Source: Selaginella moellendorffii
Lineage: Eukaryota > Plantae > Lycopodiophyta
DNA length: 64,000 nt
Direction of reading: 5' to 3'
Assembly (NCBI RefSeq): GCF_000143415.4
Contig: NW_003314333.1
Location: 62,001 to 126,000 of the forward strand
A program made the position numbers and the translations under genes. This document shows, piece after piece, positions 27,480 through 40,348 of this stretch (positions are counted from its first letter, which is position 1; the number at the start of each line of letters is the position of its first letter). Under the pieces are notes generated by a model. The model ran no database searches. It saw nothing but the letters and a program-made list of their open reading frames with translations, and was not told the DNA's origin.

Positions 27480-29734
27480 AGCTCTCTCTTGGGTGGGATT
27501 CATCTGACCGCCATGTTCACTGTCCGAGTTAGAACCTGCTGAAAGCCTTTGCCATCCTTTTCAGCAATCAGGATCTTGAACATTCTAGGCTATGTATCAG
27601 GTCTAGAGAAAGGTGGTGCACTTGGGAATCGGATGTGTGGAGCTTGCTTTGGAGGGCGCTGCTTCAGTTGCTTCTCCACAGCCTCTGGGAGTTCAAAGGG
27701 ACGTCTTGGAGCAAGCTTGGGCCTTTTGGCAGTGCATGCATTCTCACTGTGGCTAGGCTGTAGGCAAAAACGATAGCATGGTGCTGTGTTTTCCACCTGG
27801 ATTCAAACATACTATCCCAAGACTGCTATCTCTATTGGGACTTCTGCTAGGGATGAGACAAAGACCTTAAGCCTGACAGGGCCCAGGATGCCTTTTGCAT
27901 CCACAGTGTCCAGGCCCGAGGCAATTTGCCCAATGCTCCTTTTGACAAGCTCTCTTATCACCTCTTTAATCCTCATCTCCATTGAGATGTCCCACAGTGC
28001 CACATTAAGTGGGACACTTCCCCCCTTCAACCATGCCTGATCATCTGCCGTGAACCTTGGAATCCACGGGTGAAAGGACACCGCCCAGCTATCGTCAATG
28101 AGGCCATGTAGCTCCTCTACTCAAGCCCGCGGCTCCTCTGCCTCAAACACCACTGTGTAGCATCCATGTCCATGTGGGAGCAAGTTCTTGATTGTAATCC
28201 CCTACTCCAGCATAGCGTTCAGCCAGTCCATGGCCATGCAGCCAGTGGGAAACTTCCCCTTGAATACTGCAATCACTTCTCTATGGCATAGTTCTTCTTC
28301 TCTGGCTGCCACCACCTGGCTGAGTACCATGCCCACCTTGACTGTCTTCGCCATCACCTTGGCATCTGGTGCTATTCCAGCTCGTTTCCCTGACTCTCTG
28401 GTGCAGGGATCTAGCTTAGAGTCTTCTGTCTGGGGGACTTCCTTCACCACCTTTCCTTGTGTGGAGCAGCCTCCTTGCTCTCGCTCAATTCCCAAGTCAC
28501 CTTGCTCTCCTGGGCCCTCTAGGCCATAGTGTGATATGGTCTGACACTTGGCTTCTACCTTTTCCCAACCACATCCTGCCGAGGCTCCCTGTGCTTTTCC
28601 TTTTGGTGCGCTATCCGTTTCCTGTTCCTGGTCCTCCTCAAAGCACATCTCCTCCTCGTGGAGGAACTCCTCCACCTCTTTTGCCCACGCAAGGGCCTCC
28701 TTTGAGCTACTTTGGGCCTTTAACTTCCTGCGCACCACCTTGCATTCTTTCTTTTTCTCCATCTTGTTCCTTTTGGCCTCTATTTCCACCTCCTGTCCCA
28801 TTCGCTTCATCTCCTCCTCTTGTTCTTCCAGCAGTATCACTAGCGGCTTCACTCATTTCCCCAGAATTGGTTCCTTCTTTCATGTCTCCACCTTTTTGCT
28901 AGCTTCTGGGATCTCCTTGCCTTGGTCCCTTTGTTGTTCCACTTCTTGCTCCTCTTGTGCCTTCCACGTGCTTGTCACTTCCTCTTGCACCTTAGTTTGT
29001 TGGGCCTCCTGGCTGTTTGTGTTCTTTTGCTCTTTTGGTGCCACCAGTGCCACTGTCACAAGATCAAGGGCTTCCCTGAAAGCGGGGCCAAGAGCATGGT
29101 CTTCCCCCTCGGGGTGTCTCTCCTAGTGCCATACTTTTGCAATGAGTATGTCCTAGTGGAGCTGTACTTCGTCTTGAGTGGTCTCTCGCAGAGCCATTGC
29201 AAAGGCTTGGGGATCCTAGCGGAGCATTCCTTCTTCTGTCTGGTGTGGCATACATTGTTGCAGCACCAGTGGTCAGGGCTCGCAGTCAGGCTGGTGACTG
29301 AGAGAAATCTTGCTCTTGAGTCAAGATTTTGCTGACTTCACCAGAGAGCTAGGCAGTGATGTTCTCACTTTGTTGGTCAGATCCGAGAGGCACATGTGAG
29401 CAAACTTTTGGCTGAGTAGTCCCCTCTTGGTCTGGTCTTGGCTTTCACTTGTGGCTCTGGTGAGACAGCGGCTCAACTCTTCCCCCTGGACCTGATCCTT
29501 TACCTCTCATCTGGTCATTTGGTGTCTCCAAGCCCTTCTCTTCTTCCAGATCTACCCTCAGCTCTTCTGCAGGGCCACCTACTGGTAGAGCAGCAATCGT
29601 GGCTGCCCTCATCGCTGCTGCCACTGCCCTAGTGGTGACACCACTTCTATTCTTGCCTGGATTAGGGCATGTCTTGCCTTTGGTTTTTCCAAAAACCGTC
29701 TTCCCCACAATGAGAGCCACTCTAAGTCCCATAT
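27480..29734 (-). mobile_element. L1-type LINE ORF1 relic (DUF4283-like region + zinc knuckle); upstream part continues at 34637-35400
   Basis: SFHPWIPRF...VPLNVALWDI and CRFCLQPSHSENAC-like CX2CX4HX4C, preceded by a charged low-complexity region. Split by the CATAT-TSD LTR element. Confidence 0.65.
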
Positions 29735-30009
29735 TGTCGCGAATGTGACTTTGGGTATCGAAAGTTACCTGTCGGCTAGTCCTTACAGACACTCTTACCT
29801 TACTACCACGATGGCAAGAGATCGGTATTGCAAGACCTGTTATCAGTTTCCCACTTGAGCTAGTTGAGAAACTGGTTAATGAACATGCACTTAGATTGGA
29901 TATAGGAAACTTATGTGTTTCTTACTGAGCATACTCGGCCTAGTTTGAGAAACTTGTGTCATTGGCTTGCACTTGCTAGTATCAAGAACCACTGCGATAT
30001 TGAGATTGT

Positions 30010-30244
30010 NNNNNNNNNNNNNNNNNNNNNNNNNNNNNNNNNNNNNNNNNNNNNNNNNNNNNNNNNNNNNNNNNNNNNNNNNNNNNNNNNNNNNNNNNNN
30101 NNNNNNNNNNNNNNNNNNNNNNNNNNNNNNNNNNNNNNNNNNNNNNNNNNNNNNNNNNNNNNNNNNNNNNNNNNNNNNNNNNNNNNNNNNNNNNNNNNNN
30201 NNNNNNNNNNNNNNNNNNNNNNNNNNNNNNNNNNNNNNNNNNNN
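30010..30244. other. Assembly gap (N run)
   Basis: 235 Ns, shorter than the ~830 bp of 5' LTR that is missing. Confidence 0.99.
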
Positions 30245-33200
30245 GACTTATGTGAAGTTGTTAGTAGGAGGAAGTTGGTTGAGTCTTGAAAGTTTGCATT
30301 CCTGGACTGAGAGTTATTCTTTCTCTAGGATGGAAAATTTTCCACAAATTTTCTTAGACTTTTCCAATGGTTAATCTATTGATCACTTTGCTCGAAAACC
30401 ATTGCTTTTTCGTAAGCCAATACAAACTAGTGAAGGGGTTGGAGTTGACCTTGGTTAGCTTAGACCTTAGTAGGTGGTTTGTATGATGCGACCCGAAAGG
30501 GATGCTGACTTTTGAGGCTAAGGCAATTGAGTTGGATAGAGTCTGGAGTTGGTATAGAAAAGTGGCTGTTGCGCTTTTCTAAGAAATATGACCCTTGTAC
30601 CTTTCTTCTGTAACGTTGTGCTTGGTGGCAGGTTGCACCTTGCATTTCATTAGGCTCTATGAGAGTAGTGAGCTCTCACTGATCTTGACTTGGTCTTGGT
30701 AACCCTGCGCCTTGGCTGAGGATAGTGATGTCCAACTTAGTTGTTTGCGGTTGAGATGTTGGTACCAGTACTATAGCCTTGTTCATGAGGAGGTTGTGTA
30801 TCAATATGTGTCCATTTCATAGTCTTCACTTTAGTTTCGGCTGAGTGTTAATCATGCATAGTTAGCCTCTTCAAGGCATGCTCAGAGTTATTGGCTAAAC
30901 AAGTTGGTGAGCTTATTGCGGTTAAGTTAGATTTGAGTGGTCATTTAGTTCGTGCTTGTCTATGAACCTTTATTTCGTACCTGGGGTATTACATTCATAT
31001 TGGACAAGTATATGACTCGATGACATGAGTTTAGTGTTGGGTCTTGTGAAGGTAAGTTAAAGAGTGATTGTTAGTTGCTTTGCGACTAGTGATTACTTGT
31101 AGACTTTGCTAAAGACTATTGACATTTGCTTCACTCGATGATGATTTAGCAGTGATGGACTTGCTTTACCGAATGGTGTTGCAAAGGATTGTGTCATGGC
31201 TTAGATGGTTTTTCCATGTTGGCATGTCGATTCCTCTATTGATATCATTTGGCTACGTTTAGTCTGTGGTGTTAGATTTCATGGAGTCTTGGATGTGGTG
31301 AATCACTCCTTGATAATGTGTTATCTGAAACTGAGTATTTTTGGAGGATTAGTTTCGGATATTGACTAAGATATCTTCGACTTTGGTTAGCTTAGTTGCT
31401 AGGGAGTTTTGAGTGGTGATTCACTCTTGCTTTCTATTAGCTTTGCTATGGTGTTGATGGCATTGAAGTGATGCCCTATCATTGATATTATTGATGTTGA
31501 GATTCAAGTGAGATGAGATGTCTTTCCATAAGATTGATATTGAGTTTCATTAGTCTCAATGATGATAGTGTTAATGATTTAGCTATGGCTTTGTGTTATT
31601 GGCATTCATGCAATTGCTAGTTAACAACTGTATTGACGTTCAAATGAACTGAGTAGCAAGTTGAGTTAGTTGTGTTCTAGACAAGATTGTTTAGTAGAGG
31701 TTGAGCTTTGAGCCTTTCCTTGAAAAGTGATTTGGCCATGGACTATGCTAGTTTTACGAGATGAAGAGTTAGTGATCAATATTGATATGTTTGAATCTTT
31801 GTTGGATTTGAGTTGGGGATATATTGATCATTGATGATTCTTCTTGTGCTTGTTATGAAGTGAGTTACGTCTTGCTATAGATGAATTCATGGAGGATTGG
31901 TTTGGTGATCATTTGTTGAGCATAGATTTGTTATGCTTAGCTTTTGGATTGATGTAGATATGCTCTTCATTAGCTTTGGCATTATGAAACTTGGCTTATG
32001 GATATTTTGAGGAGGATATTGTGGGTTATACCATGATTTCTTCTTTAGCATTGAAGTTAGTTCATGCAAGACTCGTGATCATTGTTATGCAAGACTTGGC
32101 TATAGACTTCTTCGAGCTGTTGGTTCTTTGAGTTTTATGCTCATTGTTCCATTTGTTAGAAGTTGTTGGGGAAAGCATTTTGGCTCCTAGCTTCGATGAT
32201 GAAGTTAGTATTTGCATCTAGCAATCATTCGTGATGATTGACTATCATCTAGGATAATTGATTATCCTTGTCAAAGGTTTTGCTTGATTATTGTTGATGT
32301 AGAATGATTTGCCATTCTTCGGGATGGTGAATTCTTTCTTTAACGATGATTATACATCTCTCTATTGATGGGATGATTGATGATCTTTCATGATAGTTAG
32401 TTGTTCTCTTTGATAGCTTTTGGTTTTTCGCATTACCACATATTCTTTGTGATTTGCTTTGGATTGGTCTCTTAGGTTTGAGATATCGATAGGATGTTGC
32501 TGACACTTGCTTGAGCAACTCTGGTTCCTTGGCATTGTTGACCGAGATCTATTTAGATTGGCTAATGTGATAGTTGGCATGACTGAGTGTTTGTTGGTCT
32601 TACTGCATTCATTTTATTCTGTTGATTATTGCTTAAGTTAGTTCTGGTAGATTGGGATGTTATCTCCTTTAAGTGATACATTCGCGAGCATTTTGCTTGC
32701 CAGTCAACGATATTTTGTGTTCTTTAAGTTCTCTTTCGTAAATGGTTTGGCATGTTATCTGAAATCTTTGATAGTTAAGTTTTATCATCAAGTATTATTG
32801 ATGGTATACTTGCTATTGAATTTTATTGGATAGTGAATCCTATGTTTTCCAACTCTAATGATCTTGGTGGTTCTTATACTTTACTACTGGTTTATCGGAT
32901 GATAACTTACTTGAAATACTTTTGTGTTCTAATTTAAGATTTAATCAAGACTCTAAGATATCATTGTTTATGACTTTGATATTGTCCATCTATTGATCTT
33001 TGAATTTAGGCCAGTATAGGCAGACTGGCTTCGGCACTTCGTGTGCATGCTGAAATCTCTAGTCATGGGGTAGCTACTATCAACTGGTCACATCACCCGC
33101 CTCTCTGTCGATGTTCCTTATGTTGTTAAAAGGGCATGATTGTGTAAACAACTCTAACTACCTGTTTACAGTAGTCTATCTAAACCTTACCCACGGGTTT

Positions 33201-33530
33201 GGTTTCTTTGCTTAGGAGGGTTGGGGCCTCTAGCTTCTTTCTCTATGTCCTTGTGGGCAGGGACGTATCACACTTTTGTAAGCTGGGTGACTCCCAGAGC
33301 AGTAAGGGTGGCTGACTCCGTTGGTCATTTCCTTGTTAGCGACGGCCGGAAGGTGTCTGAGCTGGTAGCGCATCCGCGTTAAACAAAGAGGTTACCCTTA
33401 ACTCATTTAAGTTGGTGCATTTCTCACATAGTGTGAGTACCGTGAACTTTTTCTGGAGTTGTTTCCTTGGCTGTATTCTAGACTTGAGTATGCATAGACG
33501 AGGACGTCGATCTTCCCTAGGGGGGGAGAG

Positions 33531-34631
33531 TGTCGTGAATGTGACTTTGGGTATTGAAAGATACCTGTCGGCTAGTCCTTACGGACACTCTTACCTTACT
33601 GCCACGATGGCAAAAGATCGGTATTGCTGGACCCATTATCATTTTCCCACTTGAGCTAGTTGAGAAACTGGTCAATGAACATGCACTTAGATTGGATAAA
33701 CATAAGGTAGAAACCCTATGTGTTTCTTGCTGAGCATACTCGGCCTGGTTTGAGAAACTTGTGTCATTGGTTTGCACTTGCTAGTATCAAGAACCACCGC
33801 GATATTGAGATTGGTCCCTCAACATCGCTAGATGATAGCTTACCATGTCTGCCAAACACCCTCACTATCATGCCCTTTGTGTTAGTCTCATTTCGGTCCT
33901 AAATGCTATTTATGGAAAGTGTCCAAATTTGCTCATTTGGCATATGTACGGAATGTAAAGATTAACTTGAACAAAGTTTCAAGCCTGTCCTAAAGACTAA
34001 CTCCTGATAATAAGGGAGGCTTGGGGTGAAAGCCCAAAGCGTGTGTTCCATATGGGGGGGGGGGGGGGGGGGGGCCTTTGGGGGTTTCCAAATGTATAAA
34101 AGGGAAAGGGGGGGGGTCAGGCATGGCCCACCAACCCGAGGGAAAATCTAACCCCCCCTTGGAGGGCTATCCTTGTTCCGCGCCCAAATTGGGTTTAAAC
34201 CCAAGTTCCCCCCCATGGTATTTGGGGGGGGACCCATATCCTCACGTTAGCCCACCGGTATGCCAAAATAGCACCAGACTCCGTTTGGCTCCGTTTTGTG
34301 TGCTGGTCCTAGCATTGGGATGCTGGTTGCTCTAGGACTGTTCCAAGTCGCTCCGGGCTCCTGTCCCTTCACTCCTTGGGCTGTATGCTCAGGAGTTGCT
34401 CCGTGGTCCGGTTCCGTCACTCTTTAGCTCCAAGCTTGGGAGTTCGGCACCGTTCCTTCATTCAGTGGCCCAAGGCCCTGAACCTTGGGTTCCACTCCGC
34501 TGTCCTTTGGACACATGGTATATGACACGTGGCATGTGTCACGTGGCATAAAGAGGGTTTAGGTTCTGCTTCGTGGTGTTATCCTATGGTAAATCACCAT
34601 AGGATAAAGGGTAAAAACCATGTGCGCTACA
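33531..34631 (+). repeat. 3' LTR of family C element (~1.1 kb)
   Basis: Start matches 29735-30009. PPT upstream and TSD downstream. Confidence 0.85.
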
Positions 34632-36822
34632 CATATGCTCGATGATGGGGTTGAGAAAGTTCATGTCCAGAGATTTGCTTGTGGCCACCTCTTCATGTGG
34701 TCTGTCTGCACTGGTTAGATCTCTAGAGCCTAGGAATCCACTTGCTTCCTGTGTTGCTTTGTTCAGCGCACAACTTTGCTGTACAGGGGAGCCATGCTAT
34801 ATGGTTGGTGAGGCCGGTTGAGACATCCCTGGCCTAGGTCCCTGTGCCCTTGAAGGCTCCTGCTCTATTGCTCTGTCCATGCTACTACACAGCTCCCCTT
34901 CTGGTGTCTTGTGCATCACCTTTCCTGCACTTCTAGGCAGGATCGCTTCTTCCAGTGTCATGTCTTCTTCCTGTTGGTTCCCAAGAAGTCTTGAGCTGGT
35001 CTCCACGATAGTATCTGGTGCTGGTATCCCCTCCTTGGTGGTCAAGCTATCTCTGTGTGCACCACCATCCTGTTCCAGTGGGACTAGCTTTTCCAGCGTG
35101 CCCATTGGTGTGTCCACAAGTCCTGCGAGGAGTTTGCAAGTGTGTTGAGCCCTGATCATCATCTCCCTTGTTCCCTGCACAACCTCTTTGTGGAGATCCA
35201 TGGCTGTGCACTCTGCAAGGTGATCACTTACTGTGTGGTGTGATTTCTGCCTTGAGCCTGCTTGGTCGCTAATAGTCTGCTCACTACTTCCTGCTGTGCC
35301 ACTCGAACCTAGCTGCTCACTATCCTCTAAAGAGCCCAGTGAAGCCCTCCTTCCAGTTTTGCTGTTGGCAGCTCTTCCCTTCAGCATCCCTCCCTAGGGC
35401 AGTCAGATGCTAAGGCCGTGGCCTCTAGTGCCTCTTCCAAGTGCGAATGGCTGAGGCTTGGTTCTCCCTCCACTGCTGCTTGGTGCAGGATGACATTCCA
35501 TCCTACAGTGTAAAACAAAAAACAGAGAGATTTTGGAGCGATTCTTCCCTGAATCTCGTGGCAGATGCCCCCACTGTCGGTAGCAAGTGCAGGGAGATTG
35601 GGCACTCTCCCCTTTGCACTCTCCCTCTTCTAGCCATGCCTCTAATCACAGTAGCCATGGTGCTGGACACTGTGCCCCTCCACGCACTAACATGCCAATC
35701 ATTTTTTTTTAGGTCCCCTTTGTAACACCAAATCGATGAAACATGTATGTACATTCCCCAATGTCCCATAGGGACTAATACAAAAACTGGGCATGCTGCC
35801 CGAAGCTCGTGCTACTTAGTGGATAACTCCCTCATCCAAAGTGTGACTAGGCCTGAAGTAGAAGTGGCTGCAGTCGCCCCCGTCATATCACATCCAGATC
35901 CAAGTCCCTGTAACACCAAATCGACTCTGTTTGCCATTGGTCCCAATTGTGGCAACAGTTCCTACCACTAAATCCAAAAATCCTCCCTTCCCGATCATCC
36001 TGAAAGCAAGAAACCATGCATGGTCTTCCAAAAAGCTCTATTTCGTTAAAGTGGGAATTGTCATTATCCCACTTGTAAAATAAGGTTTCCAAACCTTTAT
36101 ATAGTATATAAATATAACAAAATTCGAGGCACATTCCATTTTATTTTAAACAAGGAAATGTCTACTCAATCACTTCTCCTCCCCCTGCCACTGCTTCACC
36201 TCTCTCTTCTCCTTATCATCGTCGTCCAATTTCTTTCCATCCTTTTAATATTGGCTCAGTTGCTCCGAGTCTAGGTGGAGCCCAAGTCCCCATTCAATCT
36301 TTACTTTCCCCTTATTAATAAAACAACTTCGTAGACTTCCAATAACATGCTGAAACACTTCTAGTATAATGCAAATCCTCTCAAAGAATTGTCTTTTAAT
36401 ATTAATACAATGGCATGGAACCCCATGCCATAATAAGTTACATTTTTAAATAAATACATGCCATATCAGATTGTTATTTTTTGCCTCCAACGCCTATATA
36501 ATAATCTTGGAATTTCATCACTCTCCACACTATTAAGATTTAAACCCAATAGTAATGCCATCTCTTCTCTAATATGTCCACGCTCATGTTCAGTGGTCGA
36601 AGAACCCATCCGGTTGAGCAGATTATGGAGATGCGGATAGTGCTTGGCTAGACAATATACATGCCATAAATGATGACTGATGTCTGTCCGATCAAATGGC
36701 TTTTGATATACCATTCCATCTGCCATTTGGTTGATTTTTGCAGCCACCTCCTGGTCTGGCCGGTTCTCTATCACCATCGCTCCAAGCCGTTTTGCAAGGT
36801 CCCCCAGAACATACGGTTTCTT

Positions 36823-38895
36823 CTACGACGATTCGGAGTCGTAGATCATATAATGGACTGAAGATTCCACCTCCGCAAGTCCCACCATTAAGTCAATGAT
36901 GAAGCTGACTTCGTCTGCATGAGTGATCTCCTCGTTTGTGAAGTCCATCACATAAAAGATGTTCTTGACCTGCTCATCTCCGCGGGAAATGATGCTCCTC
37001 CACCTTTGATCCTCATCCGAATTCACGTATACCTGGTAAGGTTCTCGATAGGCCTCTGCTGCGGGGTCGAGCTGTTTCTGAAGCCGGCGGTCGACATCCC
37101 TCTTAATGAAATTTGGATACTGATCCAACTTCTCAGCTTTACTTTTTGTGGCATCCCGCAGCAGATCGATGAACTTGGGGGCCCCCTTCACGTACTCGTC
37201 GATGTCTTCATTTGACAACTCCAGCTCTTCCATCATCTCTTGCGTGGTGTCGATGCTCACCCTCTCCACGGCCACTTGCTTGAAGATCCAATCCTTCAAT
37301 AGCGCACGAGCTCTCAGAGTCGTGCACAAGTCCTCGTATGTCACAATATGGCCGGGAGTCATTTTGGTCTTCTTGAAGACTACCTCACCACGTAGAAGAG
37401 CATTAGCCACTGTTAGAAGGTCGTCGTCGTCTAGAGACCGTGAGAAACGCAAGGCGTTGAGCTTCAAATCATTGGGCTTCCGGCCGTCCTCCACACCCAT
37501 TAAGTTTAGCAACTCCCCGTCATGGTACCTCCTCAGCACATCTACCCATTTGTCAAAAACAACTTTTGTCGCGAGTAGAATGTTATGGATGCTGAGTGTG
37601 TCATTGACCCCCAGTGTTTTCGAGAGAAGACTCGAGAATTCCTGCAATGGAAATGGCGTGAGGCCACATGCTATGCCACATGCAACGAGGCTTACCTGCC
37701 AGGCGCTAGTTGCTAGTGCACGTCCTTGTCCTGGTTTTTGTGGCTTCTTCAGTTGAACCCAGAGCTTCCGTGTTCGTGCCAATATCTCGTGCAGACCCGA
37801 TTTGTAGCACGTTTCTTGCTTGACATTCTGCGCATGGGAGATGTATATGATAGATCGGAGGGGCGAGTTGCCTTTTATCAGGCGGACAACTCTTGTCTTG
37901 AAGACTTTCTTCACCTCCTCGCCCACCATAATATCCACAACTATCTCTTGCATCGCCAAGCTAGAATGCTGCCTGGAGACGGCATAGAACCGGATGTTCT
38001 GATCGTCCAACACCTTCCTATTGATCAAGTCTGGAAACCTCGTCTCGCCCTTCATTGTTTGGTAGTAGCAGATCACGTCTGCGATGTCGGGTGTTACTGG
38101 ACTTGCCAGCATCTTCTGCTTCAATTTCTCCACCCACTCATCAGATACTAGCCTGTGGTTGTATTTGCTTTGGATGTCGATACGGCTCACGTCGATTGTA
38201 TATACTTTGTTGGAATAGTAATAAGTACTATTATCTGCGACGATTTTTGCTGCCTCTTCTTGCTCTTTCTGCTCTTTGCAGCTCTTCTTTTTGGTGGGTG
38301 TAGTGTTCGAACCCGAGGCAATGGCATCACCGAGTAGCTTCTTTTTTGGAGCAGGAGAGTCGGATGTCGGCTTGAGCTTGACCACCCTTTTCTGCTTCGG
38401 GGTAGTTTCCAGATCGACCCCCTTCCCCTTCGCTTCGCGAACTGGAGGCACTCTCAACGGCTCAATGTTGGAATATAGTTTTTGAACATCGCCGTAGGTG
38501 AGGTCCGTGGATTCCATGTGATCTTCATAGACCCGCAGCGTCTTTGAAATTGTGGGCCTCCTAGACAACCTCTCCCTAGCTCCCTCTAGGAATTCCTCAT
38601 AGCCGCTGCCCCCCTCCGGAAAGCCGCTAGGATGTGCAAGGTGAATCTTGAAGGCGGATGCTGTTTCTACCACAAGTGCTAGTCCATATTCTTGCATGGA
38701 ATTGCATGGAGTGTCTGTCACTTCGATGAGGATCCCCATGCATTCTTTTCTCCCACCATCTGTGTTGTACAGCCTCAGATCCTCGCCTTCCATCCCGAAA
38801 GTCCAACTGGTGAGCTCCTCCCCCTTCTCTGCATCCACATTGACAATGGCTGGAAGAAGAACGCAATTCCTCGCCTGTTCAGAAATGCACAACAA
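36823..38895 (-). CDS. Transposon cargo protein with ParB/Sulfiredoxin-like domain (copy 1, C-terminally truncated by deletion)
   Basis: 690-codon open frame that includes a 54-bp in-frame intron (37642-37695). YTIDVSRIDI..NHRLVSDEWVEKLKQKM...FYAVS(G/R)QHSSLAM..HAQN pattern. The true start is probably in upstream exons. Confidence 0.6.
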   Translation of the reverse strand: MLCISEQARNCVLLPAIVNVDAEKGEELTSWTFGMEGEDLRLYNTDGGRKECMGILIEVTDTPCNSMQEYGLALVVETASAFKIHLAHPSGFPEGGSGYEEFLEGARERLSRRPTISKTLRVYEDHMESTDLTYGDVQKLYSNIEPLRVPPVREAKGKGVDLETTPKQKRVVKLKPTSDSPAPKKKLLGDAIASGSNTTPTKKKSCKEQKEQEEAAKIVADNSTYYYSNKVYTIDVSRIDIQSKYNHRLVSDEWVEKLKQKMLASPVTPDIADVICYYQTMKGETRFPDLINRKVLDDQNIRFYAVSRQHSSLAMQEIVVDIMVGEEVKKVFKTRVVRLIKGNSPLRSIIYISHAQNVKQETCYKSGLHEILARTRKLWVQLKKPQKPGQGRALATSAWQVSLVACGIACGLTPFPLQEFSSLLSKTLGVNDTLSIHNILLATKVVFDKWVDVLRRYHDGELLNLMGVEDGRKPNDLKLNALRFSRSLDDDDLLTVANALLRGEVVFKKTKMTPGHIVTYEDLCTTLRARALLKDWIFKQVAVERVSIDTTQEMMEELELSNEDIDEYVKGAPKFIDLLRDATKSKAEKLDQYPNFIKRDVDRRLQKQLDPAAEAYREPYQVYVNSDEDQRWRSIISRGDEQVKNIFYVMDFTNEEITHADEVSFIIDLMVGLAEVESSVHYMIYDSESS

Positions 38896-40323
38896 TTAGA
38901 GCTGACAGATGAAAAGCTAGCAGCTGGAAATAATGTGAGGCCACACACCATTCACCACTGCATCAGATGTCTTGAGGCTACATCCTAAGATGGCGTGAGG
39001 CTACACGCCATCTGTAACCGAACTGCACTCGAGAGCCCAATCGGTGCATGCCAATGTTGCTACTGAATGGCATGTGGCCTCATGCCATTTTCTACTTGGC
39101 CTAAAAGACTTACCATTTGAAGCCGAATGGAGGCGTGACAACCGAACTCGCTGGCGAATGTGCACTGTGTGTGCAGCGGATCGTAGCAGCAAGGCTACTT
39201 TGCCACTTACAGTTGGAGAGTGGCACTGAAATCTCCCGGGACGCCAAGTGGGCTGCGTGTGGGTGGCGGAGTGGGCAGCGGAGTTGGCGGCGAAGTTACA
39301 AACTGGGTGTGTCTTGAAGTGGATGCCAATGCACACGAGCGTGATGCGAGCGCGAGTGTGATGCAAGTGCGAGTGGACGCTGATGCACACGAGAAACCTG
39401 TAGAGAAGGTAGATGAGCGCGAATATGAGCGTGATCGCGAGTGGGAGCGCGAGTACGAAGCAAAATGCAAAACCTAACCTCACACGCGTGAAATGTCACG
39501 ACGGTTGGTAATCCCGCAACGTCATCATTCCTCGGACTTGGGCGCCACCATTAATTTCTGGATCGCCGCGCGCATGCATGCACGTGAAATCCAAAAGAAA
39601 TCTGCAACGTCATCATTCCTTGGATTGCATGCATGCGAAATCCAAAAGAAAGATCATGATTGGGATATCATTTAATACCCTCGCTATATTTATACCATGC
39701 ATGATTGGATATTCCAAAGCATCTTGTATTTCCAAAAATGCCAGATGTTCAGCTAAATAAAGAATGGTATACAAATCCCAAAAAATGCACCAAAAAATGC
39801 TTGGCGTCATCTGGCGTTATCTCTTGAATGGCGTGGGGCCGCATGCCATTTTCAGGGGCACATAAGAGTATATTCCTAGAATATTCTGACACGCACGAGA
39901 TTTTTTTGAGTTTTCTGGAGATCCAACTATTAGATCGCAACTAGATTTTACAGAATGGTATACAATGTCCTTGTTGATGACCCTGCAAAGAAGCATCTCG
40001 ATCGGACACCACATGAGACCACACGAGCCTTACAATGTTTCAGGGGCATTTGCCATAGATCCAACCGTTATTTTGCTCCAAGATTTTACAGTTTGGTGTG
40101 CATTGACCTTTCCATCGACACTGCAAAGGGACATCACAATCAGATGTAGGATCACAAGAAACTAACTTCACTAACTCTGGTTTCACCAAGATCTACGTAA
40201 AGAGTTATGAAATGAAAGGACCCTCTCTATTGAAATGTGTTTATGGTCCTAGGGGCATTGTGACATATCAAAGGATTTTGCATCAAGTTCTGTATTTGCA
40301 TGTTTATCAAGCTACTGAATTGC

Positions 40324-40348
40324 TAAACCCTAAACCCTAAACCCTAAA
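40324..40348 (+). promoter_or_regulatory. Telo-box-like (CCCTAAA)3 in the divergent intergenic region, copy 1
   Basis: taaaccctaaaccctaaaccctaaa; identical at 58385-58409. Confidence 0.5.

Larger units (their letters stand above)
29735..34631 (+). mobile_element. Non-autonomous LTR retroelement family C (LARD-like) with non-coding internal region
   Basis: 5' LTR starts TGTCG at 29735 and runs into the N gap. 3' LTR is 33531-34631 (TG...CA), preceded by PPT AGGGGGGGAGAG. 5-bp TSD CATAT on both sides. No recognisable gag/pol in 30245-33530. Confidence 0.85.

Noticed and set aside
34054-34075. Poly-G tract as a special element
   Set aside because: It is part of the family C LTR (poly-C counterpart at ~6663-6674), and homopolymer length is unreliable.
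35400-36030. Possible captured gene fragment left of transposon copy 1
   Set aside because: Coding-like but broken, and I could not assign any family.
36035-36074. Helitron 3' end (hairpin near terminus)
   Set aside because: There is no CTRR end, the sequence has an inverted partner at 43560-43581, and the element encodes a DDD transposase rather than RepHel.
37148-37756. 202-aa plus-strand ORF (also 55153-55761) and similar antisense ORFs
   Set aside because: These are shadows of the minus-strand cargo gene. Conservation simply reflects the duplicated element.
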